Notes under the pieces: model-generated
What the model was told of the DNA's origin: nothing
What the model saw: only the letters and a program-made list of their open reading frames with translations
Database searches by the model: none
In this document: positions 28,480-38,993 of the stretch, piece after piece
How the letters are laid out: each line of letters starts with the position of its first letter
Numbering within the stretch: position 1 is the stretch's first letter
Position numbers and translations under genes: made by a program
Source: an uncultured Verrucomicrobiae bacterium
GTDB lineage: Bacteria; Verrucomicrobiota; Verrucomicrobiia; Limisphaerales; Palsa-1400
Assembly: GCA_963707025.1 (NCBI GenBank)
Contig: CAVPOM010000016.1
Coordinates: 64,001-128,000 of the forward strand
Length of the DNA: 64,000 nucleotides
Direction: 5' to 3'

Positions 28480-29568
28480 GTGATTGATTCTGATGGTTCT
28501 TTGGCGGGCTTTTTGCCCGTCTTGCAGGCGGCCCACCTCGTGGCGCTGGACACGGAGGCCGACAGCCTCCATGCCTACCCGGAAAAGCTGTGCCTGATTC
28601 AAATCAGTGTCGGGGAGGAGGACCGGTTGATTGATCCCCTGGCGCCGCTCGATCTGGCGCCGCTGTGGACGGAACTCAAACGACATCCCCTGATCTTGCA
28701 CGGGGCCGATTATGATCTGCGGCTGTTGCGCAAAAACCACGGGTTCGTGCCGGAACGGATTTTTGACACCATGCTGGCCAGCCGCTTGCTCGGCGACCGG
28801 GAGTTCGGGCTGGTTAATTTGCTGCAAAAGTATCTGGGGGTCAGTTTGGAGAAGGGCTCGCAGAAGGCCGATTGGGCCAAACGGCCGCTGACGCCGCGGA
28901 TGGAGGCCTATGCGCGCAACGACACGCATTTTTTGGCCAAATTGGCCGGTCTTTTGCAAGGGTTGCTGGCGGAGAAGGGCAGATTGGCCTGGGCGGAGGA
29001 ATCTTGTGCCCGGCTGATCGTGGAGTGCGCCATTCCGACCGAGCCGCAGCCGGACCTGGTCTGGCGGGTGAAGGGAAGCCACAAATTGTCCCGCGCGTCG
29101 CTGGCCGTCCTGCGGGAATTGTGGCAGTGGCGGGAGGAGGAGGCCACCGCGGCCAACAAGCCGCCTTTCTTTGTGCTCAGTCACGCGGCGCTGGTGGAAA
29201 TCGCGGCGGCGGCGGTGGAGCAACGGCCTTTCGCGCAGTTTCTGCCGCGCCATTTTTCCGAGCGCCGCCAGGAGGGGTTGGGCCGCGCCATCAAAGCCGG
29301 GCTGGCGCGCGCGCCCGGGGAGCATCCTGATTTTTTGCAGACCAAATCCCAACGGCATACCGAGGCGGAACGGCGCCGGTTCGCCGAATTGGAGGAGCGC
29401 CGCAATGTCCGGGCCGCCCAGTTGGAGGTGGACCCGACCTTGATCGCCAGCCGGGCCACCTTGCTGGCGCTGGCCCACAATTGGGAACGGGCCAGCGCCG
29501 GGTTGATGGCCTGGCAAAAGGAGATTCTGGCTGCTTTGGGCTTGCCTTTGCGGGCCGGGGGCAGATAG
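28480..29568 (+). CDS. rnd: Ribonuclease D with HRDC domains
   Basis: ALDTEAD...Y...LCLIQI, HGADYD, DW..RPL...M..YA..D and WRE..A...NKPPF motifs. Confidence 0.9.
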   Translation: MIDSDGSLAGFLPVLQAAHLVALDTEADSLHAYPEKLCLIQISVGEEDRLIDPLAPLDLAPLWTELKRHPLILHGADYDLRLLRKNHGFVPERIFDTMLASRLLGDREFGLVNLLQKYLGVSLEKGSQKADWAKRPLTPRMEAYARNDTHFLAKLAGLLQGLLAEKGRLAWAEESCARLIVECAIPTEPQPDLVWRVKGSHKLSRASLAVLRELWQWREEEATAANKPPFFVLSHAALVEIAAAAVEQRPFAQFLPRHFSERRQEGLGRAIKAGLARAPGEHPDFLQTKSQRHTEAERRRFAELEERRNVRAAQLEVDPTLIASRATLLALAHNWERASAGLMAWQKEILAALGLPLRAGGR

Positions 29569-29577
29569 AGTCGCACC

Positions 29578-31092
29578 ATGAACATTGATCTCAAGCGGAT
29601 GGAAATCTGGTTTTTGACCGGCAGCCAGCACCTTTACGGGCCGGCGGCTCTGAAGAAAGTGGCCGAAAATTCGCAGGAAGTGGTGGCGGCGCTGGATGGC
29701 TCGCCAGCCATTCCGGTGCGGATTGTCTTCAAGCCCGTGGTGAAAAGTCCGCCGGAGGCGACGGCCCTTTGCCAGGAGGCGGGGAACAACCCCAATTGCA
29801 TCGGGGTGATCAGTTGGTGCCATACCTTTTCCCCGTCCAAGATGTGGATCAACGGGCTCAAATTGCTGCGCAAACCCCTGCTTCACCTGCATACCCAGCA
29901 CAATCGCGACATTCCCTGGTCCACCATTGACATGGATTTCATGAATCTGAACCAGGCGGCGCACGGGGACCGCGAGCATGGATTCATCATGACGCGGATG
30001 AGAATCAACCGGAAGGTGCTGGTGGGCTCATGGCAGGACCCCAAAATCCAGGGGCAGATCGGCTCCTGGAGCCGGGTGGCGGCGGCCTGGCATGACTGGC
30101 AGGGGGCCAAGTTTTGCCGCTTCGGCGACAACATGCGCGAGGTGGCCGTCACGGAAGGCGACAAGGTTTCCGCGCACATCCAGTTCGGTTATTCGGTCAA
30201 TGGTTATGGGATGGGCGATCTGGTCAAATGCGTCAACGCCGCCAGCGACTCGGAGATCGAGCATCTGGTGCGCGATTACGAAGCCCGATACACCGTGGCC
30301 CCGTTGTTGCGCAAGAATGGCAAGATGCGGGCCTCCCTGCGGGAAGCGGCCAAGATTGAAGTAGGCCTGCGCGCCTTCCTCCAGGCGGGCGACTTCAAGG
30401 GGTTCACGGACACTTTTGAGGATTTGCACGGGCTGGTCCAATTGCCGGGCGTGGCCGTGCAGCGGCTCATGGCTGAGGGCTACGGCTTCGGGGCGGAAGG
30501 CGATTGGAAAACGGCGGCGCTGGTGCGGGCCATGAAGGTGATGGCGGCCGGACTCAAAGGGGGCACCTCGTTCATGGAGGATTACACCTATCACTTGCAG
30601 CCCAACAACATGAAGGTGCTGGGGGCGCACATGCTGGAGATTTGCCCCAGCATCGCCAAAGGCAAACCGTCCATTGAAGTCCATCCCCTGGGCATCGGCG
30701 GCAAGGCCGATCCGGTAAGGCTGGTTTTTGACACCCCGCCCGGGCCGGGGTTGAATGCGTCTCTGATAGATTTGGGCAACCGCTTTCGCCTGCTGGTCAA
30801 TGAAGTCGAGGTGGTCAATCCCGATCATCCCCTGCCCAAGCTGCCGGTGGCCCGCGCCGTCTGGCTGTGCAAGCCCGATTTGGCGACGGCGGCGGCGGCC
30901 TGGATTTACGCCGGCGGGGCGCATCACACCGGCTTCAGCCAGGGGCTGACCACGGAGATGCTGGAAGACTTCGCCGGCATGGCCGGTCTGGAAATAGTTA
31001 TAATTGACAGCAAGACCACCCTGCGGGAATTCCGCAAGGAACTGCGTTACAACGAGGTTTACTACGCGCTCAACCGGGGTTTTGCGGGGTAG
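29578..31092 (+). CDS. araA: L-arabinose isomerase
   Basis: [43 protein letters not shown] and GGAHHT motifs. Confidence 0.96.
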   Translation: MNIDLKRMEIWFLTGSQHLYGPAALKKVAENSQEVVAALDGSPAIPVRIVFKPVVKSPPEATALCQEAGNNPNCIGVISWCHTFSPSKMWINGLKLLRKPLLHLHTQHNRDIPWSTIDMDFMNLNQAAHGDREHGFIMTRMRINRKVLVGSWQDPKIQGQIGSWSRVAAAWHDWQGAKFCRFGDNMREVAVTEGDKVSAHIQFGYSVNGYGMGDLVKCVNAASDSEIEHLVRDYEARYTVAPLLRKNGKMRASLREAAKIEVGLRAFLQAGDFKGFTDTFEDLHGLVQLPGVAVQRLMAEGYGFGAEGDWKTAALVRAMKVMAAGLKGGTSFMEDYTYHLQPNNMKVLGAHMLEICPSIAKGKPSIEVHPLGIGGKADPVRLVFDTPPGPGLNASLIDLGNRFRLLVNEVEVVNPDHPLPKLPVARAVWLCKPDLATAAAAWIYAGGAHHTGFSQGLTTEMLEDFAGMAGLEIVIIDSKTTLREFRKELRYNEVYYALNRGFAG

Positions 31093-31247
31093 GGGGAAAC
31101 GGATAAAGTATAAAGGATAGAGGATAAATGAAGGGAGCGGCGGGCGCGCGGAAGATGGGTCCGCGAATTTCGCTAATTGGCGCGAATTGGTTTTGGCTTG
31201 TCACCTCTGCTCCCCGGTTTAATTCACCGGAACCTCTGCTAAACGCC

Positions 31248-31320
31248 TGTAGCGGCGGTCTATGACCGCCGCCATGCCGTTGCTTCCCCTGATTTGCGGC
31301 GGTCATAGACCGCCGCTGCA
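31248..31320. repeat. GTAG-type REP doublet (REPIN-like)
   Basis: TGTAGCGGCGGTCTATGACCGCCGC ... GCGGCGGTCATAGACCGCCGCTGCA in inverted orientation. Confidence 0.8.
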
Positions 31321-31545
31321 ATCGTGGAAGCCGTTTGCGGAGGTCTCTCACTCTTCTTGCGCACTGTAGCGACGGCGGACGCGCCCATTCGATTATGTCG
31401 CGGTTGCGTTCATTTGTCATTTGTCATTTTGCCGCTGCCATCGCGTAACCCCGGCCCGCCTGTTTTCGTCCAACAGCATCATGGACGCAATCCCCCACAA
31501 AAGACAGACAGGCGCGCTTTTGCGGGCTAGACTGGGCTTGACTCA

Positions 31546-34500
31546 ATGATGACCGAGGCCGCTGAAGATTGCGCCGCCGCCGGCGATTTGGACTTGCTCC
31601 AGCCCGGACTGCTGCACGAGTTGTTCGAGCGCCAGGCCGACGCCCGCCCGGAGGCGACCGCGCTGCTCTGCGCCGGCGCGCGGATGAGTTACGGCGAATT
31701 GGAAGGCCGCTCCAATCAACTCGCCCGCCTGCTCCGGCAACGGGGCGTGCGGCGGGGCGATTGCGTCGGATTATGGCTGCCGCGCGGCATGGATGTCCTG
31801 GTGGCGCTGCTGGGCATTATGAAAGCCGGCGCGGCCTATGTGCCGTTGGACCCGGAGTATCCGGCGGAACGGCTCGCGTTTGTGCTGGCGGATTGCCGGG
31901 CGCGCGCCGTGGTCACCAGCAGCGGGTTGGCGGCGCGGGCGGGCGGATGGAACGCCGGCGTCATCGTGCTCGCCTTGGAGGAATGCGCCGCGGAGCTGGC
32001 GGTGCAACCGGCGGGGCGTTTGCGCCAGGCGGACGTTGGGTTGTCGCCCCGGGACCTTTGCTATGTCATCTACACGTCGGGCACCACCGGCCGGCCCAAG
32101 GGCGTGGAAATCGAGCATCGCAGCGCCTGCCATTTCGTGCGCGCCGAAGGGCGGATTTTCCAGGTGCGCCCGGAGGACCGCGTTTACCACGGATTCTCCA
32201 TCGCCTTTGACGCGTCGGTGGAGGAGGTCTGGCTGGCGTTTTTCGCGGGAGCGGCGCTGGTGGTGGCCACGGCGGAAATGGCGCGGGCCGGCCGGGGCTG
32301 GCGCCGCTGCTCACCGCCGCCGACGTGACAGTGCTCTCCTGCGTGCCCACCTTGCTGGCGATGATGGAGGAGGACGTGCCTTCCTTGCGGCTTTTGATTT
32401 TCGGCGGCGAAGTTTGTCCGCCCGACCTGGTCAAACGCTGGTGGAAGCCGCCGCGCCGCGTGGTCAACACTTACGGCCCGACCGAAGCCACCGTCGTGGC
32501 CACCCTGGCCGAATGCCGTCCCGGCCAGCCGGTCACCATTGGCCGTCCCCTGCCCCATGTTTTTGCCTGCATCCTCGACGATCAACTGCAACCGGCGGCG
32601 CCGGGCGCGGCGGGCGAGTTGTGCCTGGGCGGCATCGGCCTGGCGCGCGGCTACCTGGGGCGGCCGGAATTGACGGCGGAAAAATTTATTGACTGGGCGC
32701 CCGACGGGGAATCTCCCCGCCGCCTTTATCGCACGGGCGACCTGGCGCGCCGGACCCCCGGAGGCGACCTTGAATTTATCGGGCGCGCGGACGCGCAGGT
32801 GAAGATCCGCGGCTACCGCGTCGAGCTTTCCGAAATCGAGTGCGTGCTGCTGGAATGTCCCGGCGTGCAAGCGGCGGCGGCGGCCCTGCGCGAGGACGCG
32901 CCAGGCCTGGCGCAATTGACCGGCTACATCGTGCCGCGGGCCGGGACGGCGCCCGACCTGGAAAGCGTCCGCGCCGCGCTGCGCTCGCGCCTTCCGGCCT
33001 ACATGGTTCCCGCGCTGCTGGAGATTCTGGATGAGCTGCCCGTCCTGCCCAGCGGCAAGGTGGACCGCCGGAAACTGCCCGCGCCGCGGGCGCGCCCGGC
33101 CGAAGGCAGGCGCGGCCCGGTCCCGCCGCGCACGGCGCTGGAGCGGCAAATCGCGGCGGTGTGGGAAAAATTATTCGCGCCCGCGCCCGTGTCGGTGCGG
33201 GACGATTTTTTTCTCGAGCTGGGCGGCCATTCGCTGCTGGCGGCGCGGCTGGTTTCCGAACTGCGCCGCCAGGCGCCGCTGCAACAGCTTTCCATGCTGG
33301 ACGTTTACCAGCATCCCACCATTGAGAAACTGGCGGACGCCGTTCGGGCAACGGCGGCGCGCGGCCGAACCGGCCGGGGCGGCGGAAGAATTTCAGCCCG
33401 TCCCGTTCTGGCGGCACTTTCTTTGCGGGGCGGCGCAGTTGGGCAGCCTGGTGTTCGTCCTCGGTTTTTTTGCCCTGCAATGGCTCACGCCCTATCTGAC
33501 CTACACGCTGATGATGGACGCGGGCACGGAGGAGCAGCCGCTGTTCAGCACCACCGAGGCGATCCTCGGGGCCTTCGCCAGCTTGATGGTGTTTTATCCG
33601 GTGATGCTGCTGGTGCCGATTGCGCTCAAGTGGATTTTAATCGGCCGCTATCAGCCGGGCGCTTACCCGCTCTGGGGCTGGTTCTATTTCCGCTGGTGGC
33701 TGGCCACGACGGTGGAGGCGGCCGTGCCCTTGGCCTACCTGACCGGGACGCCGCTCTTCAACATCTATCTGCGGTTGATGGGCGCCAAGATCGGGAGGAA
33801 CGCGCATCTGGATGGCGACGCCTTCGCCATCTATGACCTGCTGGCCATCGGCGAGGATTCGAGCATCAACGCCGATGCCAGTCTGCCGGGCTACACGGTG
33901 GAAAACGGCTGGTTGAAAATCGGGCGCATCACCATTGGCCGGCGCTGTTTCGTCGGCGCCCGGGCGGCGCTGCGCCCCGACACCGTGATGGAGGATGATT
34001 CCGCCTTGGAGGATCTGTCGCTGCTGCCGCGCGGCGGCGCCATCCCGCGCGGCCAGACCTGGCTCGGTTCGCCCGCCCGGCCAACCCAGGCCGGCGCCCC
34101 CGCCGCCGCCTCCCGCCCGGGCGCGGGCCGCCGCCTGGCTTTCGGATTTTTGCATGGCCTGGGCGCGCTCCTGTTTCCGGCGCTGGTGGTGGCGGCGCTT
34201 TTTCCCGGCATTGTCGCGATGAACGAATTAAACTATCTGGACGAGTATTACTGGTATTTGTCCGTGGCCCCCCTGGCCGGCTTGTCCTTCCTCGTCCTGC
34301 TCTCCCTGGAAATCGTGGCGGTGAAATGGCTGCTCCTGGGCAGGGTCAAGGAGGGCGTTCACCGCGTCCACACCCTGGCCTACTTGCGCCGCTGGTTTTT
34401 CAACCAAACCATGGACCTGAGCCTGGACATTCTCGGCCCGCTCTATGCCTCGATCTTTCTCGCGCCCTGGTATAAAATGCTCGGCGTCAAAGTGGGCGAC

Positions 34501-35598
34501 GGCGCCGAGGTCTCCACCGCCTCCTTCATCTCCCCGGATCTGCTCTCCATTGGCGAGGGCAGCTTCATCGCCGACAGTGTTTCGCTGGGGGCGCCGCGCG
34601 TGCGCAACGGCCTGGTCGCCACCGGCAAAAATCACGTCGGCAAACGCTCCTTCATCGGCAACAGCGCCCTGTTGCCGCCGGGCGCGGTCATCGGCGACAA
34701 TGTGCTCATCGGCTGTCTTTCCGTGCCGCCGGCCCATCCGGCGGAGGCCGTGCGCGAGGACAGCGCCTGGCTCGGTTCGCCCGCCCTGTTTCTTCCGCAA
34801 CGGCAAAAGAGCGCCGGTTTCTCCGACGAAACCACCTTTCATCCCGGTTGGAAACTGCGCGCGCAACGGGCGGGCATTGAATTCTTCCGCGTGCTCACCC
34901 CATCCACCAGCTTCATTGTCCTCATCAGCCTGCTGTTCTCCGCGCTGCTGCTGCTCAAGGATTATTTCGGCGAGGCCGGGGACCAGCCTCTGCTCCGTTC
35001 CTGCTTCAGCGACGCGCAACTGATCTGGTTCAGCGGGCATGTCACGCTCATGTCGCTCTGCTGCTTCCCCTTTCTCTACCTCGCCTGCGGTCTGGCGGCA
35101 ACCCTCGTCACCCTGGCGGCCAAGTGGATTCTGGTCGGGCGCTATCGGCCGGGCGAGAAACCGCTGTGGAGCACGGCCGTCTGGCGCAACGAACTGATCA
35201 ACGCCCTGCACGAACACCTGGCCGAGCCGTTCCTCGTCGGCGCCCTCACCGGCACGCCCTTTCTCTGCTGGTACTTCCGCCTGCTCGGCGCCAAAATCGG
35301 CCGCCGCGTTTATATGGAAACGACCGACTTGAGCGAATTCGACCTCGCCACCATCGGCGATGAGGCGGCGCTCAACGCCGACTGCACCATTCAGACCCAC
35401 CTCTTTGAAGACCGGGTCATGAAGATGTCCAATATAATTATCGGCACCCGCGCCAGCGTCGGCGCCGGCTCCCTCGTCCTCTACGACACCGCCCTGGGCC
35501 AAGGCGCCGCCCTGGGCGACCTGTCCCTCCTGATGAAGGGAGAAACCCTGCCGGCCTGCAGCCGGTGGGAAGGAATACCGGCCCAGCCGGCCGAGTGA
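31546..35598 (+). CDS. Pls/PosA-family membrane NRPS-like poly-amino-acid synthetase (A-T-TM/left-handed beta-helix repeats); frameshifts near 32295 and 33340
   Basis: YTSGTTG.PKG, FDASVEE.W, YRTGD, SGKVDR and LGGHSL (T domain); three K(W)IL.GRY.PG/LGAKIG repeats and QTHLFEDRVMK; spread over three consecutive ORFs. Confidence 0.85.
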
Positions 35599-35619
35599 TC
35601 GCAGACGCATCCAAATGGA

Positions 35620-35988
35620 CGGTGGAATTTGATGCGCGGCACGCCTGCCGCTGCCAGCCGAATCCGTATATGGAATAAGGGGGAGTAGAGTTGCAGCGGC
35701 AACTAGAACAATTATCATTACAAAAACAAGGGCAAGAAATCCGAAAAAAAGCGCGATTAGATCGGTGTTGAGCGGTTTCCTAAGCGCGTAGACCGAGAGC
35801 AAGACGATTGGAACCGGAATAACCAAAAATACACTCCAACTGTCGAGGACGAGCTTAGTTTAAGCGGGAAGTGCATGGCCGTGGAAATGATCAGTGAGGA
35901 TGCATGAAGTGAGGGCTAAAAGCAGCCATATTCCGATATAGCCTATCGCAAAAGTAGCCGTAAAAAGAATAAGCGATGCCTTTTGCAT
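35620..35988 (-). pseudogene. Low-GC small multi-TM protein with an in-frame stop
   Basis: MQKASLILF...HALPA*TKLVLDSWSVFLVIPVPIVLL...; TAA at 35860-35862 interrupts one continuous hydrophobic frame; 3' end uncertain. Confidence 0.5.
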
Positions 35989-36023
35989 ATCATTTGGGCT
36001 TCGCAAGTTCAGTTGCTGGCATC

Positions 36024-36275
36024 TCAACTTGTTGATTGCCTGCCTTCGTCCAGATAAGGCGGCAACTCCAAACCCTTCAACCGTTTAAAATGTTCTACCA
36101 GGGACAAACGCCGTCGCGGGCTTTTACCCAGACGGGCACGCAAGGCCGGCAGACCGAGCTTGAGGGACTGGCGGATCACGTCGGCTTGACTGAGTTCGGT
36201 CTCCGCAGCCGTGACGGCAAGGTCCCGGGACAGGGCCGGAGAACCAGGCACGGGAATGGTGTTAAAGCGTTTCAC
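36024..36275 (-). CDS. Small CopG/RHH-like putative antitoxin
   Basis: GTG start; L...A.ETELSQADVIRQSL.LGL pattern. Confidence 0.5.
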   Translation of the reverse strand: MKRFNTIPVPGSPALSRDLAVTAAETELSQADVIRQSLKLGLPALRARLGKSPRRRLSLVEHFKRLKGLELPPYLDEGRQSTS

Positions 36276-36346
36276 AGAGAAATCATAACCGACTCCGCCG
36301 ACATGGCAAGCCGGCCTTCTCGTGTCAACGGCACTGCTCCGTTTAA

Positions 36347-37322
36347 CTAATACCCCGTCGTCTCCTTCCAACTGGCGTCGGGGTCGTAGGTGGTCATGGC
36401 CTGGGCGAGGCGCGCGGTTTTTGGCCCCAGATTTTTCTCATAGACCTTTCCCTGCTGGTTGACGATAAAGGTCATCACGCCGGAGTTGCCCCATTCCGCC
36501 GGCCAGGCCACCAGGGCGAAACCGGCCAGCAGGTGGCCGTTAATGAGGTAGTTGTATTTGCCGGCGGGCGCATGAGAGCCCTGCCGGGTCAAAACCTTGA
36601 AACAATAACCGCGGTAAGGGAGCCAGATTATCCCCCATGATTTTGGTCGCGTGGCGATAGCCTTCGTCGTGCGATTGCGCGATCAACGGGCCGAAAGGAC
36701 TGGCTTCCTCCCCCGGTTCGGTGTGCCAGTAAAGACCGTCATGGGTGTTGGTGGTGCTGCGCAAATGGCGGGCGTACTCGAGCACCTCGCCGCCGTTGCG
36801 CGGTTGGCTGGCGTATTCGCGCTGCGCCTCCACATAGGCGCGGCAAACGCGGATGGCGCCCAGCTCGTTCATGCCAATCCGGCGGTTGAGAATTTCCTCC
36901 CGCCCGGCCGCCGTGTCGAAAAACCACTGTCCCTTGTCCTGCACCAATGGGATGGGAAACGGCCAGGCATCCAACCCAATGCGCAGCTCTATTTTCGTGT
37001 CGGACTGGCGCGCCAATTCCACCTTTTCGCCCAGCCGGCGCGCGAAATTGGAATAGGCGTTGCTGGCCTGCACCACATCCGGCGAAACCAGTTGGCGCGA
37101 TTCCGGCCCAAAAATCGCATGCAGGGCATTGGTGTCTCTGGACTGCGCCGCCGCCGCCAGCGCCGCCTCGGCCGCCTCGGGCGAGGCAAACCGTTCTTCG
37201 CCGTCACGGGCCAGGACGGACCGGGGCGCCAAGGACAACCCAGCCAACCCCAACGCGATCAGCCCAAAACGGCCGGCGGATTTTAATTTCTCGATCATGG
37301 TCTGCTTCTCTTCTTTCTCCAT
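36347..37322 (-). CDS. DUF2950-family protein (frameshift near 36615)
   Basis: F.SPE.A, WPFPIPLV, G.EEIL.RRIG.NEL, GLYW and GFALVAWPAEWG.SGVMTFIVNQQG.VYEK motifs. Confidence 0.85.
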
Positions 37323-37343
37323 GCGATTGGCGGCGATTTCCGT

Positions 37344-38563
37344 TCACCGCCCGCGGGACGGGGCAGACGGCGCCGGCGACGGGCGCGACGGCGCGGGGGC
37401 GGGGGCTGACGGGGCTGACCGCACCGGCGCTGAAGGCGCGGGGGCCGGCGCGGACATCGTGCTGCGGCTTTCCACGCCGCGCACGCTGGATTGGCGCGCC
37501 GCAGCGGCACTTTCCGAACCGCCGAAGGCCCCGCCGCCATACGTGCTGCCGCCGGATGGGGCGCGCACCTCGGGCGCTGGACGTGAGACGGTCGGAGGAG
37601 GACTCATGGTGATGGCAGGTCTCTGCGCCGTGGGCGGTGTCGCGCCGCCACGGACCTCACTCGAAAATCCCGGCACCGTCCCAGGACGGCTTTCCCTCGC
37701 CGCAGTCGCGTTGCGGTTGGCACCCATCGGCGCGGGCGCCGGGGACGCCACCCGGGCCGGGCGAAATGTATCCGCAGACCATCCCCGATCCACGCTGCGC
37801 CCGGCGACCGCGGTGGGTCGGGCGGGCCCGTGCCAGATGCCAACGCCGCGCGGCGCCACCCGACTACGCGGTGGCTGACTCCACCAATTGACCGGCCGCA
37901 CATGTCCCGGCCCCCAGGTGATGACATGGTGATTGCGCCAGTCCCAATCGTGCCTCAACCATATCCCGATGGGAAACCCCACTCCGAAAGAGCAATAGAC
38001 CCCGGGATCATAATAGATGGTGTCCCACGGATAAGTGGGCACGTAGATCTCATTAGGATTGGCCGGCTCAATCTCCACCATGCCATCGTCGGCCACCACA
38101 TTTTCCTGCGGCGTGCTTTGCAAATTGCCCTCGCCCTGCGCCAGCAAGCGGAGCCGCTGGATGCTGGCCATGACGTCCTGCTGCTGATTGAGAAAGGCCT
38201 GGCCGACCTCGGTGGTCCAGGCCAGATTATCGTCCAGCCACTTCAGCACGGTCGGGTAATGGGCCAGCGCCTGGACGCTGGGATCCCACGGCTGCACCGC
38301 GATCTGGCTCAGATCACCCCCGCCGTTGACGTAGCGGTCCGCCACGACAATTTGCGCCGGCACGGCGGCGGCCGTGAAGATCTCGGCCAGCAACGGGTCG
38401 GGATAGAGCGCAATGGGCCGCAGCAATTGGTCCAGCGCGTCGCCTGAGAACGGCGCCGCCGCCGCCACGTCCACCGGCGCGGCCGCATCCTGGGCGCCGG
38501 CCGCGATGCCGCGCAGAAAAAAATGACTGCCGCCGCCTGACAAATTGAGCTTAGCTTCGTCAT
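37344..38563 (-). CDS. DUF3300-domain protein with low-complexity tail (signal peptide offset by a frameshift near 38500)
   Basis: LDQLL.PIALYPDPLLA, WDPSV.AL..YP.VL and IEPANP..IYVP.Y motifs. Confidence 0.85.
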
Positions 38564-38796
38564 AAAATCCACCATTTCACATTGTTGACTAATAGACGAT
38601 GGATCGGTCGGAACTATTCAGCATCATTGGGCCGCCAAAGGCAAGGCGAAAAGCAGGGTGTTGTTGACTCTCCCGAAAATTGGAGGCCTTCTTGCAGCGG
38701 CATCCCCGGTTTTTCACCTGGCTGACGATTGGCCTGGCTGTCCTCGTCGTCGGCGTGCTGGTCGTGGTCAACCTGACCGGCGGGGGTCCTTGAGAA

Positions 38797-38872
38797 TGGT
38801 GGGCTGGCAGGGACTCGAACCCTGGACCAATGCCTTAAAAGGGCACTGCTCTACCAACTGAGCTACCAGCCC
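38797..38872 (-). tRNA. tRNA-Lys (anticodon TTT), CCA encoded
   Basis: GGGCTGGTAGCTCAGTTGGTAGAGCAGTGCCCTTTTAAGGCATTGGTCCAGGGTTCGAGTCCCTGCCAGCCCACCA, 76 nt. Confidence 0.97.
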
Positions 38873-38993
38873 ACCCGGACAGCGGCGGCGCACAATAGCG
38901 AGCATTCGCCCCGCGCGCAAGTGCTTCTTTGCCGCCCCAATGTTGTGCTCCAGCACTTTTGTCCTTCGGATGGGCCGTTGGCCGCGATCCTTT

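Noticed and set aside
32280..33360. Programmed frameshifting in the NRPS-like gene
   Set aside because: No slippery heptamer is evident, and similar indels occur in unrelated genes, favouring sequencing error
38797..38872. tRNA-Lys as an integration site for an island
   Set aside because: No integrase nearby, and I found no duplicated tRNA 3' end in the window
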